A stretch of 64,000 nt of DNA from Dimorphilus gyrociliatus (Eukaryota; Animalia; Annelida): the NCBI GenBank assembly GCA_904063045.1, contig CAJFCJ010000034.1, forward strand, positions 133,649 through 197,648, in the 5' to 3' direction. The translations under genes were made by a program, and so were the position numbers. Below, piece after piece: positions 50,941 through 63,494 of this stretch. Every line of letters starts with the position of its first letter. Positions within the stretch are counted from its first letter, which is position 1. The notes beneath the pieces were generated by a model. That model made no database searches and was not told the DNA's origin. It was given only the letters and a program-made list of their open reading frames with translations.

Positions 50941-53900
50941 TTTGGTTCTGGAACAACTAGTGATGGCAAGGAACCCACAAAAGATGAATGTGGCACAGAA
51001 GCTGGAAACAGTGAACAGGTGTATGGGACACACCAAGAGAGGTCTGGAAGATGGACGCTACACAAGAGGTCTGATTAAGATGAGATGCTTCACAGCAGAG
51101 AAGTTGCTGGATGAGTGGCAAGAGTCATTCACTGAAGAAATGGAAGACCGAGTAGCAGAAACCAGAAGAAAAATAAAGAAATATCTTAAGACAGTTGAAC
51201 AGGGTTACTCACCCAAAGTCGAATACCCACAAGGAATGAATGTGAGGGATGATATTGAGAAAGAAGATGTCGAAGCTGACATCAAAAATATATATATAGG
51301 AGCAGCTGGAAGCGTGTTTGAAAAGAATAGTTCAAGAAGTAGCAGTTGCTCTAGTGAGAGAAACACTTCCTCAGGAAAGAGAAAGAGAGAGATGCATGGA
51401 AGCATAAATGATGAAGACAGTATAGAAATGGCAGCTGAGCAGGCAAAGGATGGAAAAAAGAAACCCATTAGGCCAGACACACAAAGCCGGGCAGAAAGGC
51501 AAAGCGTAAGCGTTTTTGATAAAATGGTAGAGGACAGTGACAATGACGAAGTTGATACTACCCCGAGAGGGGATGATACTCTCCCATATGACATGAATAG
51601 AGAAGGATGGTGGATGGGAGAAAAGGAGAATGTATTGGCTGAGTTAGGCGAAATGATAGAAATGGAAAGAAGAGTGAGAAAAGATGAGACAGCTCGATTC
51701 GAAGCCAGACAAAATGAGAAAGAGAACAGGCTAAAGGAAGAGCTGGAAGAAAGAGATCATCAGTTGTCTGTGTTGGTGAAAGCTACTATAAGCAGTAGAG
51801 TAGAAAGCATGGAAGCAGAGACAAGAAAGGAAAATAACAAATTACATGAAAAATTGGAGATGGTCCAGGAAAAAATGGAAAGGCTAGAGGCCCAAATGGC
51901 AAAGATGACAAGCGAGCAAAGAATGGGTACGCCAGCAAAAACAGAAAGAAGAGAAAGTATAATCCCGAATACCACAATTCTGTTCGAAGGAGAGCCCAAA
52001 ATGTTTGAAGGTTTTATAGTAAGGCACGAAAGCATTCTGGCTAGGTATGGCGAGGTTGAGGAATGGGAGAAATTTGAACTGCTGTATACTCAACTAAGTA
52101 ACGATGTGAAGAAAGATATTAGAAGATTCAGATACTCACCCAAGGAAGGCTACAAGAGCGTGATGAAATTCCTTAGGCTACGATACGGTGAGGTAAAAAG
52201 CAAGTGTACTGATGCGTTTACAAGATTGGAAAGGTTGGGCAGAATAAAAGATGGCAATATCTATCAGTTAGAGGAACTATCCCAGATCCTGACAGAGGTG
52301 TATGGAGACTACGAGGACCGGAATGACTTAGATAATGGACAATTGGAAGCAATGCTTGTGGTTATCAGTAAATTCAATATGAGTGCTCAGTTGAGAGCTG
52401 AATGGAATAGTGAGCAAACAAGAGCAAAAATGAGCCTATCCATGGCAGATATGATATCATTTATGGAGGCCCAACACCAAGGACTGGCAAGAGCGATAGG
52501 CCAGCAAAAGAGGGTGACTACTGAGAGTAGAAACGAACACGACGATGGAAAGAAAAGGGAGCAAGGGTGCTACTCGTGCGAAAAACGCATCTCTTGAGAA
52601 ATTGCCCACAATTCAAGAGAATGGATATAGAGGGTCGTAACAGGCTTGTGAAAAAATTGGGACTTTGCGATAATTGTATGACGAACAGCCATAACGTAGC
52701 CGAATGCTGGAAATTGAAATGTAGGACATGCAGGGCAGCAAAAAGTTACTTCTTGCATCATTGTCAAAAGAAGGTCGCCCCAAAGGTCATGATGGTAAAG
52801 GCCCCGAGAATCGAGAAAGAGCATGGGATGACTGCATTGGAACTGCCTGCCAAAAAGGGTAACCTAGTAATAATACAGGATACTGGAGCGGACATGTCAA
52901 TCATCACGGAGAAAGCAGCAAAAAGAATAAATGCGAGGCCTATAGAGATAGTGGAAATCGAACTTGCAATGATGGGGAGAGTAGAGAAACACAAGGCTAT
53001 GAGGTATGAGTTTGAAATCAAGGGAAGATGCCTGGAAGCTTTAGAATACCCGGAGATCGCCGTAATAAGCCAAAATGCTATAACGACAGAGGAACGAAAG
53101 AGATGGCCATATTTAAAGGACATCCCCATCCCGCAACTGGAACGCAGACAAGTAGACCTGCTGTTAGGATGCGACTATGCAGACTTGATCGCACCCAGGA
53201 CAATATTGGAAGGAGATGTGAATGAGCCAATTGCCATGCTTTCAAAACTAGGATGGTCAATAACAGGATGGAAATTAGAAAAAGGGAGGCAGGCAAAAGT
53301 ATCTTTGATATTAAAGGGGGATAGCTCAAAGGAACAAAAGCTAACTCTAAGAGATGAAGAATGGGTAGAAAAGTTGGATAAGAACATATCCTTCAAAGAT
53401 GGAAAGGTATACGCCCCCATTCTGTTCAATGGTGATGAGAAGGAGCTGCGGTGTAACAGATATATGGCATACAAAAGGTTGGAGGGCCTACAAAAAAGGT
53501 TCACAAGAGATAAACAGTATGAGGAACAATATGATGAAGGCATCATGGACTATATAAACAAGGGTTACGCAAGAAGAAAGGGAGAAAAGGACATAATAAA
53601 ATGGTTCATACCACATCACGGCGTAGCGAATCCGAATAAGAAAGGATTGCGAATAGTATATGATTGCGCAGCAAAATACTATGGGCTGAGCATTAATGAT
53701 ACAATATCAACAGGCGGGAGGTTAGTGGGAGACATACCTTCTTACATTGACAAATTGGAGGAGTGGGAAGCACTATCTAATAGGAGACATAAAAGCGATG
53801 TTCCACCAAGTAAACCTTAAAGAAGTGGATCAACAGTACTTTGGTCTACTTTACTGGCCCCCTGGAAAGCCAAAGTCAAGAGGCAATATAGTAGAGTATC

Positions 53901-56211
53901 TCATGACAAGACATGTATTTGGGGCAAAAGATAGTCCTTACGTAGTATCAGCAACCCTGAGAAAGGTGTTGAAGGCCTCTCGCTTGTCAAGAGAGGAGAG
54001 GGAAGAGATAACAAGAAGTTTTATGTGGACGACCTTATATTGGCATCCAATGACGAAGATTACCTAAGGGAAGTGTTAGGGAAGGTGTTGAAGGCTCTCG
54101 ATAGCTACTTCACGCTTACAAAGCTGGCGACGAACTCGATAGAAATTAGAAAGACCATCCCACCTGAAAGGAGAATTTATGATTACCCAGAAAAGGTGTT
54201 GGGCATTAAATATGAAGGAAAAGAGGATAAACTGTATTGGATAATACAGAAGAAGACATTAGAGCTCAAGGCTACTTGGAGAGACATGTTAGGGGCAGTG
54301 GCAAGCATTTATGATCCCCTTGGATTAATAAACATTGTGATGAGCAAATTAAGGCTCACATTTTCACAACTCAGCAAAGGCATGAGCCATTGGAAAGAGG
54401 AAATACCGGAAGAGAAGAGAAGAGACTGGAACACAATTGTAGCCAGGTTGCCTAGACAATTAAATATAGCTTGCTACGCCGGGAGCTCCAAAGGGTACCA
54501 CATCTACACGGACGCCTCAGATACAACGTTGGGAGTTGCAATCTACTCATATGCTAATGGAACCGAAATGATAATGAGGTCAAAGGCCTTGATGGTTAGA
54601 CCAGCCATGAAAACAACGCCAAGGCGTGAGCTGGCTGCAGCATTACAAGGGGTGAGATTGGCACTGGAGGTGAGCAAAGGGGTGGCGAGAAGGCCTGCCC
54701 TATTTATGACAGACTCGGAAGTGGTACTGAGGTACATCAAGAATGACAAAATCCCGATGGAAAAGTACGCACGAACAAGGGTGCTGGAGATACGGCAGTA
54801 CACAGACCCAGATCAGTGGCACCATGTGAAGAGCGAAAATAACCCAGCAGATTGGTTAACTAAAATACCAGTAAAATTCAACCAGGAAAGGTATGACAAA
54901 TGGGCAAAGAGAGAAATAACAATGACACAACAAGGACAGCCATGCAAGGTACTGTTGCTGAAAAAACCAGCCAATAATGAGCAGGACTTTGCAAAGTTCC
55001 TATCCCAGAGAGCGGGGAAGGAGCTGACCAATGTAAATGACGTCAACCTGGAAGTAGAGAAAGCCATATGTGAAGCTCAAATGGAGATAGACCCAAAAAG
55101 ACTGGCAAAATATGCGATAACAAGGGGACAGGACAGAATGAGAATCCAACTCAGACGACTGGGGAAGAAGGAGAGCTACCTTGAGAACCCTAGGATCTTG
55201 GATGGAAAGTCGACGATTGGAAAATTGATGGTGAAAAGGATTCATGAGGAAAACTGCCACGCCCCCCTGGCTAGAATGAGAGTAATCTTAAGAGAGACCT
55301 ATTGGGTACTGAACGAGGTAGCTACCATAAGACAAGTCATTGCAGAATGTGATCAGTGCAGGAGGTATAGATCTACAATCCGTTATTACGGCAACAAGCC
55401 GTACTCCTTTCAAATTGAAAATGACCTAGAAATATTTAAATATATTGGCATCGACCATTTTGGCCCCTTTAAGCTCAAACAAGGCGGCAAGCTCTATGTA
55501 TTGCTACTTATATGTCTGCAGAGTAAAACTGTACAGCTGGAGGTAACAGAGGGTCTAGACACAAACTCCACCAAGCTGGCATTGGAAAGAGCATGGGCAA
55601 GGGAGAGGAGACCATCCTTAATAATCTCTGACAATTATAGGACCTTTAAGGCTATGGCTCAGGAAAAAAACCAAATCGATTGGCAATTCACGGCACCAAA
55701 GGCGCCCTACCAAGGAGGCGTGTGGGAGGTAGCAGTTAAGGCAGCTAAATATTTGGCCAAACCATATCTACACAATTGCTGGTCTCACCAGAAATGGCAG
55801 ACACTGTGGTCGCTAGTAGAGAAGGTAATAAACGATAAGCCATTACAGCAGCCGCTAGATGACCCTGACCAGATATTGGTAACACCCAATTTACTAAAGA
55901 AGAGACAACGGGAGCTACGTTGGAATGAAAGCAAATGGAGTCAGAAGCGTTGGAACGAGATACAGCGACAATGGAAAAGGATCTACCTGCAAGAGCTGGT
56001 CAGACAACAGTGGAGAACGAAGGGAGGAAGAAAGCTGCAAGTCGGAGACAAGGTCCTAGTCACTGACAAACAAAAGGCTAGGCATAGATGGGTGACTGGA
56101 GTATTAACAGAAATCATACCTAGTCATGATGGAGCCACGAGAAAGTGCAAGTTGAATACAGCAAGGGGCCCGCTTATCAGGGCTGCGGGAGAACTACTGT
56201 TCATGGGAGAG

Positions 56212-56568
56212 TAAACAGAACGTTATATACTAACGTTCCGTTCACATTACATGATATGAGTGAATGTGTGTTAGTGTGCGAGTGTCAGTGTCTGAGAGTC
56301 ACTTAAGAAGGGAGTTTGACTTAGCCCAGAGTCGGGACAGTCCAACTTGATGTTATGCCACATCGTTGATAATGACGTGGCATGAACGTGGCATGAATGT
56401 GGCAATACAGATGAGCACAGTCAAACACCCAATTAAGTGACACTAACAAAGTATAAAAGGGAGTGAATGTAATAGAACGGTGTGAGAGACCAAAAGAATA
56501 TCAAATAAAATTTATACGAAATTCTTAGGAATTTCGTGCTATGAGCGAAAAACAAAATCTTATAAAGT
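56212..56568 (+). repeat. 3' LTR (357 bp; lacks the last 10 bp of the 5' copy)
   Basis: Follows purine tract gggagag; first three bases TAA are the pol stop codon. Confidence 0.9.
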
Positions 56569-56759
56569 TGTCATAGTAATAATAATCTACTATAGGTTAT
56601 AGTTTAAGGATAATTGTTTTCTTCTATTGCACTTGAACACCTCTCCGGAAACTGTTTCCCAACTAATTATACTATCTGCAATACAGCATCAATAACCTAA
56701 TTAACTGATTTTCAATTAGAATTTTAACACACAAATTAAGCCTATAATCGGAATAATTA

Positions 56760-59700
56760 TTATAGAAATTTATTTCTCTTTTGTAAGATTTTTTTAATTA
56801 AATTTCCAATATTAAATAAATCTTTTTGAAACATTTCTTCATTATTTCCTGCATACAGAATACACTTTGATGTTATTGAATAGATTTTTCCAGTTTTTCC
56901 ACTCTGTTTTGACATGAATATAAAAAAAAAGAAACAAACTTATTCAAAAATATCTATAAATAGATTTATAATTGTTTACAATAAGATACAAATTCGATAC
57001 ATCAATTGATCCATTAAAAGACAAACTAGACTGATGACATTTACAAACAAGTTTTAAAATATCTTTCAACATTTTAAATATATTCATCATTCTATAAAAC
57101 TTTTTCATGTTTTTTAAACTTTCAACACAGATTAATGAATTAATTTTATTTAAAAAGTTTTCATTGTATACCAAATAGGCTAAATCTGAAAAGAAAAAGA
57201 GAGATTTCATTACAGAATGTTGTATTTTTCAATCAAGTTTTTACATCTTGATGCAAAAGATTCTTTAATATCATTAATATGATTTTGTCTGAAAATGTTG
57301 AAATAGATTGTAGAAGATTGTTTAAAGGGGAAGAATAAAAAATAAATGAATTGATACATTTTCTTAGCTTTTTGCTGTTTTAATGAATTATAATAAGATT
57401 TAAGATCTCGAAGCGTATACAATAATGGATTAATAAGTGAATTTAATGGTAAAATAATGATAATTATTGAAACATATAAATCTTTTTTTATAGTTAATTT
57501 AAATATTGAACTATAAATTCCTAAAAAAGAAATTGGAAACCAACAACATAAATTTGTAAAGACTATTAAAAATGCATTGATTTTAAATCTTTTCTGTCGA
57601 GTTTCAAACTGTTGTTGTTGATTATCTCTCAAATCTTTTGAATTTAATATTTCTTTCCATATTCTTATATATAAACCAAAGATTATTAAACATAATATAG
57701 ATATTAATAAGCCAAAGATAATAAATGAAAATAGCCATCCTTCACCTTTCTCACTGGATATTTGTATTGTAAAACAGATTGGACTCTTTGAATAGTATGA
57801 TTTATAGATAAAAAGTGGAACTGTTGACCCAAATCCAGAAATGATTACTACAACTAGAATTAATAAAATTGATTTTAATCTTGTTAATGATTTTTTAAAT
57901 GGGTGAATAATTTTTAAATATCTTTCAAGTGTAATTAACACTAGAGATTGAGATGATAATAGAATTGACCAACTGCAAAACCATCCAAGCGTTATGCAAT
58001 ATTTACTGTATCTCCATTCGTAGTCGTTCTCTATATAATTGCCTCTGTAGAATGAATCGACGCTTCCAACAATTGTTAAATAGACGTTTGTACACAAATC
58101 GGCAAATGACAATGTTAAATGAAAGAAATTTGTCCTTTTATCACAAATTATAACCCTGAAAATAATTGACATAAAATTTTCAATAAAACCAACAATAGAT
58201 AATATCCATAGCGTCCAACGAAGAGACGTCGATGCTAATAGATCGGAACAAGAATTAAATAATGACGTCATTGGATGACATTCTCTAATATTTCTACTAT
58301 ATTGCCAAATAAAACAGCAAAATGAAAAATATTGGCTATATAATATTTTCAATGACTGCAAAGGTTGAATAAGCGAACTTTTATATTTAAATGGAATAAA
58401 AGTTTGCTTTAATGATAAAATTTCAACAAATTTTAAACTATTAAAAACGTTACGATGAAAATCGAATATAAATGAATTTTCAATTTTTAAATTTATTAAT
58501 TTATTCAAATTTTTAAAAAACAACTCATTTAAATAATTTATTTTTAATGAATTAAAAATTATTGTTATTAAATTTTTGGAATTTTTTAAACTTGTTGTTT
58601 TATCCATTTTTAAATATTTTACATTTTTTATCAATAAATATTGTAAAATTTGTAATGAATTTGAAAATATTTTTGATAAATTCAATAATTTACAATCAAT
58701 TATTGATAGATAAAATAGATTTGGTAAGATTTTTGATATTGGAAAATTATTTAAATTTGACCAATTACGTAATGTCAATACGCTTGTTGAATAAATTTTT
58801 AAAGATGATAATGATGATGATGATAGTAATATTTTTTCAAGATTATCATCGTCAATCTCATTGAAAAGTTCAATTCTTTTGAATTTTTTTAATGTTTGAA
58901 TAATTTCAATTAAATTATTATTATTGTTAATTTTAATATTTTGAAGTGAACATTGGATTGAATAGACTTGAAAACAATGACAAGATTTTGGGCAAAATGT
59001 TAAATTTGAATTGCAGTATAATTCATCATTTCCATTTTGACAATCAATGATATTATTACAAATATCTTTTATTGGAATAAATGTATTTTCTTGTCTACAT
59101 TTTAAATATCCTTTTGGTCTAAAATTATCTAAATAATAATTGTTTTATTAATTTTAATTAAATAGGCCTATATTTGACTTTTTACCGCAATCGACTTCGT
59201 CATCTTGATGAGTACAATGAACTATTCCATCGCATACTTGTTTTATTGAAATACAATATCCGCCATATTTGCACAAATATTCACCGGAAGGACAAAATTT
59301 TCTATTACAATTCTTTAATACCAAAAACGGAAAATGGATATTTGTTGTTAGTTTACCCAATGAATTATAAACAATTTTGCATTTCGAATTTCTATTCAAA
59401 ATTGAACAATCTTTTTTAAATATTTCAATATTCGATTGACGACATTGATCTCCTTTTTCGTCTTCTTCATCAATACAATTCATTTGCAGATCGCAAACTT
59501 TACTTTGCGGTATACATTTATTATCGCATTCAAATTTATCATATTTTTCACATTCTGGATGAATGAATTGAATGAATGAATGAATAAATGAGATTTTTTC
59601 TCTTAATTACCTTTTATAGACTTTTTATCTTTTAAATTATCTTCCAACTGACATTTTTCATCGCTACTGTCGAAACAATTCCTTTCATTGTTACAAAAAT

Positions 59701-61434
59701 ATTCATTGTCTATACATTGATTATTGTCACATTTCCTTATGTTTGAAAATTTTTAAAATTTCAAAATATGGTTCAAACAGGCAAAAAAATTAAGTTGAAA
59801 ATTGTTTACTTCATTTTAGATGTACATTTCTCCATTTCTTAAGAAGGAAAAAAAAGTATTTACCAGTTTTTTCTTCAAAGAAATATATAAATAATCATAA
59901 GTTTTCTTACTGCATATCTCTTCGTCAAATCCATTTGGACAATTGTTGACGTAATCGCATACAAATTGACTTTGTATTGTTGTATTAAAATCACAATAGA
60001 ACAGATAATTTAATGTACAATTTATTTCATCCTCTCCAGAGAAACAATCCTCGTATCCATCGCATTTGTTAATTAAATTAATACATAAACTATCTTTAAG
60101 GCAATGAAAGAAATTATGAGGACAAGAAAAATTTTCGTTCTCTAAAGATTGTGTTAATGAAAATTTAAAAATATCTTTTATTTTGTTGTTGTTGTTGTTG
60201 TTATTTTTTTTTTATAAAAACAAGAAAATAAATAATTAAATTTAAAAAGAGGAAAAAAAAGGATTTTTATTTACAAAGAGTTTTACAAAAAGTTTCAGAG
60301 AAGTATTTTCTTTCACAATGAAATGGAACAATTCTATATTCCAATTCTCTAGTATTGGAAATATCTTCTAAAAAATAACATTTCCATTCTGATGTCAAGT
60401 GGAAATATGAATTAAAATTTGCAATTGAATTAATATTAAAACAATTTTTAAGGTAGCTTTTGAATAGACAAAGAACAAGGAAAACTGGAATTATTATGTA
60501 ATAACCGCAAAGGAATTTTTTTTATCAACCTCGATTGGAAGTTAAGTGAAAATCCATGGAAATTATACGGTTTTCCATCGTCGTATACTAGATATTGATG
60601 TCCTTTAACGCTGTTAACAATCCTAAATTCTATTTTAAAAAATATTGCGCAATAGTTTACAGTAGTTTTTATAATATATATATTACTTCCTGGTAAATAT
60701 TTCCTCTTCATTCTATATTTGGGTTGTATACCATTTGTTAAATGTAAACTAAATAGAAAATCTTGGTGTGAAAGATATGATAATGTAGAATTTATTTTAT
60801 GACATTCTTCCAATGCTTTATTAACTGTTATTGTTTTTGTAAATTGAATTTGAGTATAACAGGCATCATTAAATTTAAAACTATTCAAATCACTACATAA
60901 AATATCTATTTAAAAATACTTTAAAAATTATTTAATTGTTGTTTCTTCAAATGTTTTTTACCATCTTTGTTATTGCATTCAACAAAGTAGTTTTGAAATA
61001 AACTTTTTGTTATAGATCTGTATGGGGAAATAAACATAAACAAACATAAACAAACAAACAAACAAAACAAACATACTTTTCGAAATTTGCATAATTTGTA
61101 ATATTACAATATTCTATATTTTTTAATTTATTTGGACAATTCAACCAAAAGTGTAAATTTGTTGTTGTTCTTAAATTTTTTGACAGCTGACCTATTTTTA
61201 ATTGTCCATTTTTATAGCCAAAAAGATTGCATATAATTGAAAGTGAATGACTCTTTAAACTTTTAATCGTTGACTTATACCATTCATTATTATAGAACAT
61301 TAGTAAAACTCCTTGAAAAGTGTTATTTGGTATGAAATTGCTGCGTTTAGTCGTCGTTGATAATATAAAATTTGCCCGATTGTGAACAAGTAAGAAAGTA
61401 TAATCTGTAAAAGTTCTTTAGTATGCTCTTTGCT

Positions 61435-61465
<31 letters not shown>

Positions 61466-62861
61466 TACCTCTTATAATATTCCTTTCTATACAATACGCA
61501 GCCATTGTTGAACCAGTTACGAAATTCTCTCTTTCTCTACATTCACTAAATTTCTCATTACTTTTCAATTTACAATTGTAAAATATAGGAACTATAGCAT
61601 TTTCAATGTAATAACTCAATTCTGGACAACGTCTTTTAGATTGTGAGAATCTTTTAAAAAATGATTTTTGAATTGTAGCTACTGGAATATGTGCCATTTG
61701 ACCAATATTACACATAAGTTTTCCAATTGTACTCTTTCCAATTCCACCTCTAACTATAAATGGAACATAGCCAAAAGTTTTTGATAGGAAAATGTATGAC
61801 GTCATTTTCACTAATTTTTTGTTAAAGATAAATAGTTGATGAAATTCCGACATTGTTTTTATAGTAAAATCTATGAATGTGTTGATTGTAATGGATGAAA
61901 GATTGATGATTGATTGATAGGATAAAATTGTACGGTTAAGAACCTTTAATATCATTTTTAATACAATAAATTCTTTCCAAATGTGTAAAATTGTTACTTT
62001 TAATTAATTTAAATTTTATTGTCTGATTATGAAGATAACTTTGAAAATATTTTCCATTTTCAATACCACTTTTCAAATAACTACTTCTTTTATAAAATTG
62101 AGTTCTATCACAAATATTTATTGTATTATTAATAGATTTTAATAAATCATATGAATTTATCTTATATCTAATGAAAAGTTGATAAAAGTTTGTTTTATAA
62201 ATCTTTACAGCATAGATAACTGGATGGAAAAGAGATAGGTTAAAGGTTAATTTTCTCTTATTAAGTTATACTATTATAATTATTTATTTTACACGGAAAT
62301 TCATATTTAAAGCATTTCAGGCAGAAAGATGCAGTAGATCTTTTATGAATTTCTTGTAATTCTCTTCTAAAAATAAAAAAAAACAAATTTTTAACCTTAA
62401 AAATCAATTTTATTTCTCTTATCTTTTATGTTTGTTTTTTTCTTCTTACAATAAATGTTTGCCATTTTGAAATAAGATAATCAAAGATAATTTGTCTAAA
62501 AATCTTCCATTATTCTCTCTGTTGTTTGTTATAAATTGTTACCATTTTCGGGATCGCACGCTTCGGCAATAAAATGAATTGAATCGTATCCTAAAACTCC
62601 ACACAATTCTCTATGAAATTCTTCCTTTATGCCATGACCAAAAGCTATATTTTGCCTTTGATCCGTTGAATTTATTATAGTAAAAATTTTACCATAAATT
62701 GACACTTCATCTTCAAATTTTGGTTTTAGCCACAGTTTCACATCATTTTTTATATTTGAAGATAGAATTTTCCCATTAAATTGACAACGATTCGTGTTGA
62801 TGATACAATAAGTTAATGTAGTCAATAATTCAAATTGACAAATTATAAAGAATAATGTCAT
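56760..62861 (-). CDS. Receptor E: apparently intact SRCR-CTL-LDLa-LRR-7TM receptor with kinase-like tail
   Basis: Signal MTLFFIICQFELLTTLTYC; LCGVLGYDSI and ICNLFGYKNG; CTL CSDLNSFKFNDACY; LDLa exons 59.0-60.1 kb; LRR-7TM ORF 57210-58778 (LSFADLC, LERY, TNLCCWFP, NPLLY); three short tail exons ending ...KILQKRNKFL* at 56760. Confidence 0.85.
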
Positions 62862-63494
62862 TGTTTTGAATGAAAATAGTCAGAAATTTTTATATATAAT
62901 CATTACAAGTATTGTATGAAGGAACATCATCCTGATTTAGATGGAATTCAAATATAGAAAAATTAATTTGATATATTTAAATACAAAATAAGAATAATAA
63001 TATATCAATATTTTTCTTGAATGACACCAATTTGAAACTAAATTTTGCTTATTATTTCATAATTTTCTCATTTAATTAACTACAAAAAACACAATGTTTG
63101 TTTTTATTTTTAGCAAAAATTTAGCATTCTATGTTAATAAAACAGAGCCAAAGAAGGTCACAATTCACTATTTTCTTATTACCTCCATTTTGTAAAACTC
63201 TCTTTTGTTTTAATAATTTGCCTTCTTATTAAAAACAATAAGAGACTAAAAAGAGGTAAAATCTTTAAATAAATAAAAAAGAATGTGAGAGATTTCTATG
63301 TAGAAAAACACTATAGTTTCAATTTATATATAGACACTATATAAAAAATTAATGAGTTTCTAGTTCCTTAATTGCTTTTTTCCTATTTAAAGTGTCAACA
63401 ATCTATAGAAGAAGATACCTTCTAAGCCATTGTAGATTGTTACCTCTAATCAACAATCAATGGGTAAATTATGCTTTTATTGTAGGCTTAATAA

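Larger units (their letters stand above)
50574..56568 (+). mobile_element. Near full-length BEL/Pao LTR retrotransposon
   Basis: LTRs 50574-50940 and 56212-56568 (3 mismatches seen in 357 shared bp). Gag with zinc knuckles, protease QDTGAD, RT YVDD, RNase H YTDAS...TPRRELAA...TDSEV...NPAD, integrase H-H-C-C, GIDHFGP, SDN, GGVWE. Three 1-bp frameshifts. Confidence 0.96.
46126..56600 (-). pseudogene. Receptor D: GRL101-like CTL-LDLa-LRR-7TM paralog with kinase-like tail, disrupted by two insertions
   Basis: CTL exon split by the LTR element at 50574-56568; LDLa exons 48.5-49.8 kb; LRR-TM1-4 ORF 47388-48476 (IGDFMT, VERH); TM6 broken by a ~161-bp insertion plus indels; TM7 NPFIY; tail exons to the stop at 46126. 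No upstream signal/SRCR exons recognisable. Confidence 0.75.

Noticed and set aside
50943-50960. PBS priming by one of the tRNAs encoded in this window
   Set aside because: TGGTTCTGGAAC is not complementary to the 3' ends of the iMet, Ile or Thr tRNAs here.
52570-52600. Programmed -1 ribosomal frameshift at GAAAAAC between gag and pol
   Set aside because: The shift falls in the middle of a CCHC knuckle, the heptamer is not in the X_XXY_YYZ register, and BEL/Pao elements typically have one ORF; a 1-bp indel is simpler.
51205-55260. Many minus-strand ORFs inside the second BEL element
   Set aside because: Antisense shadows of gag-pol.
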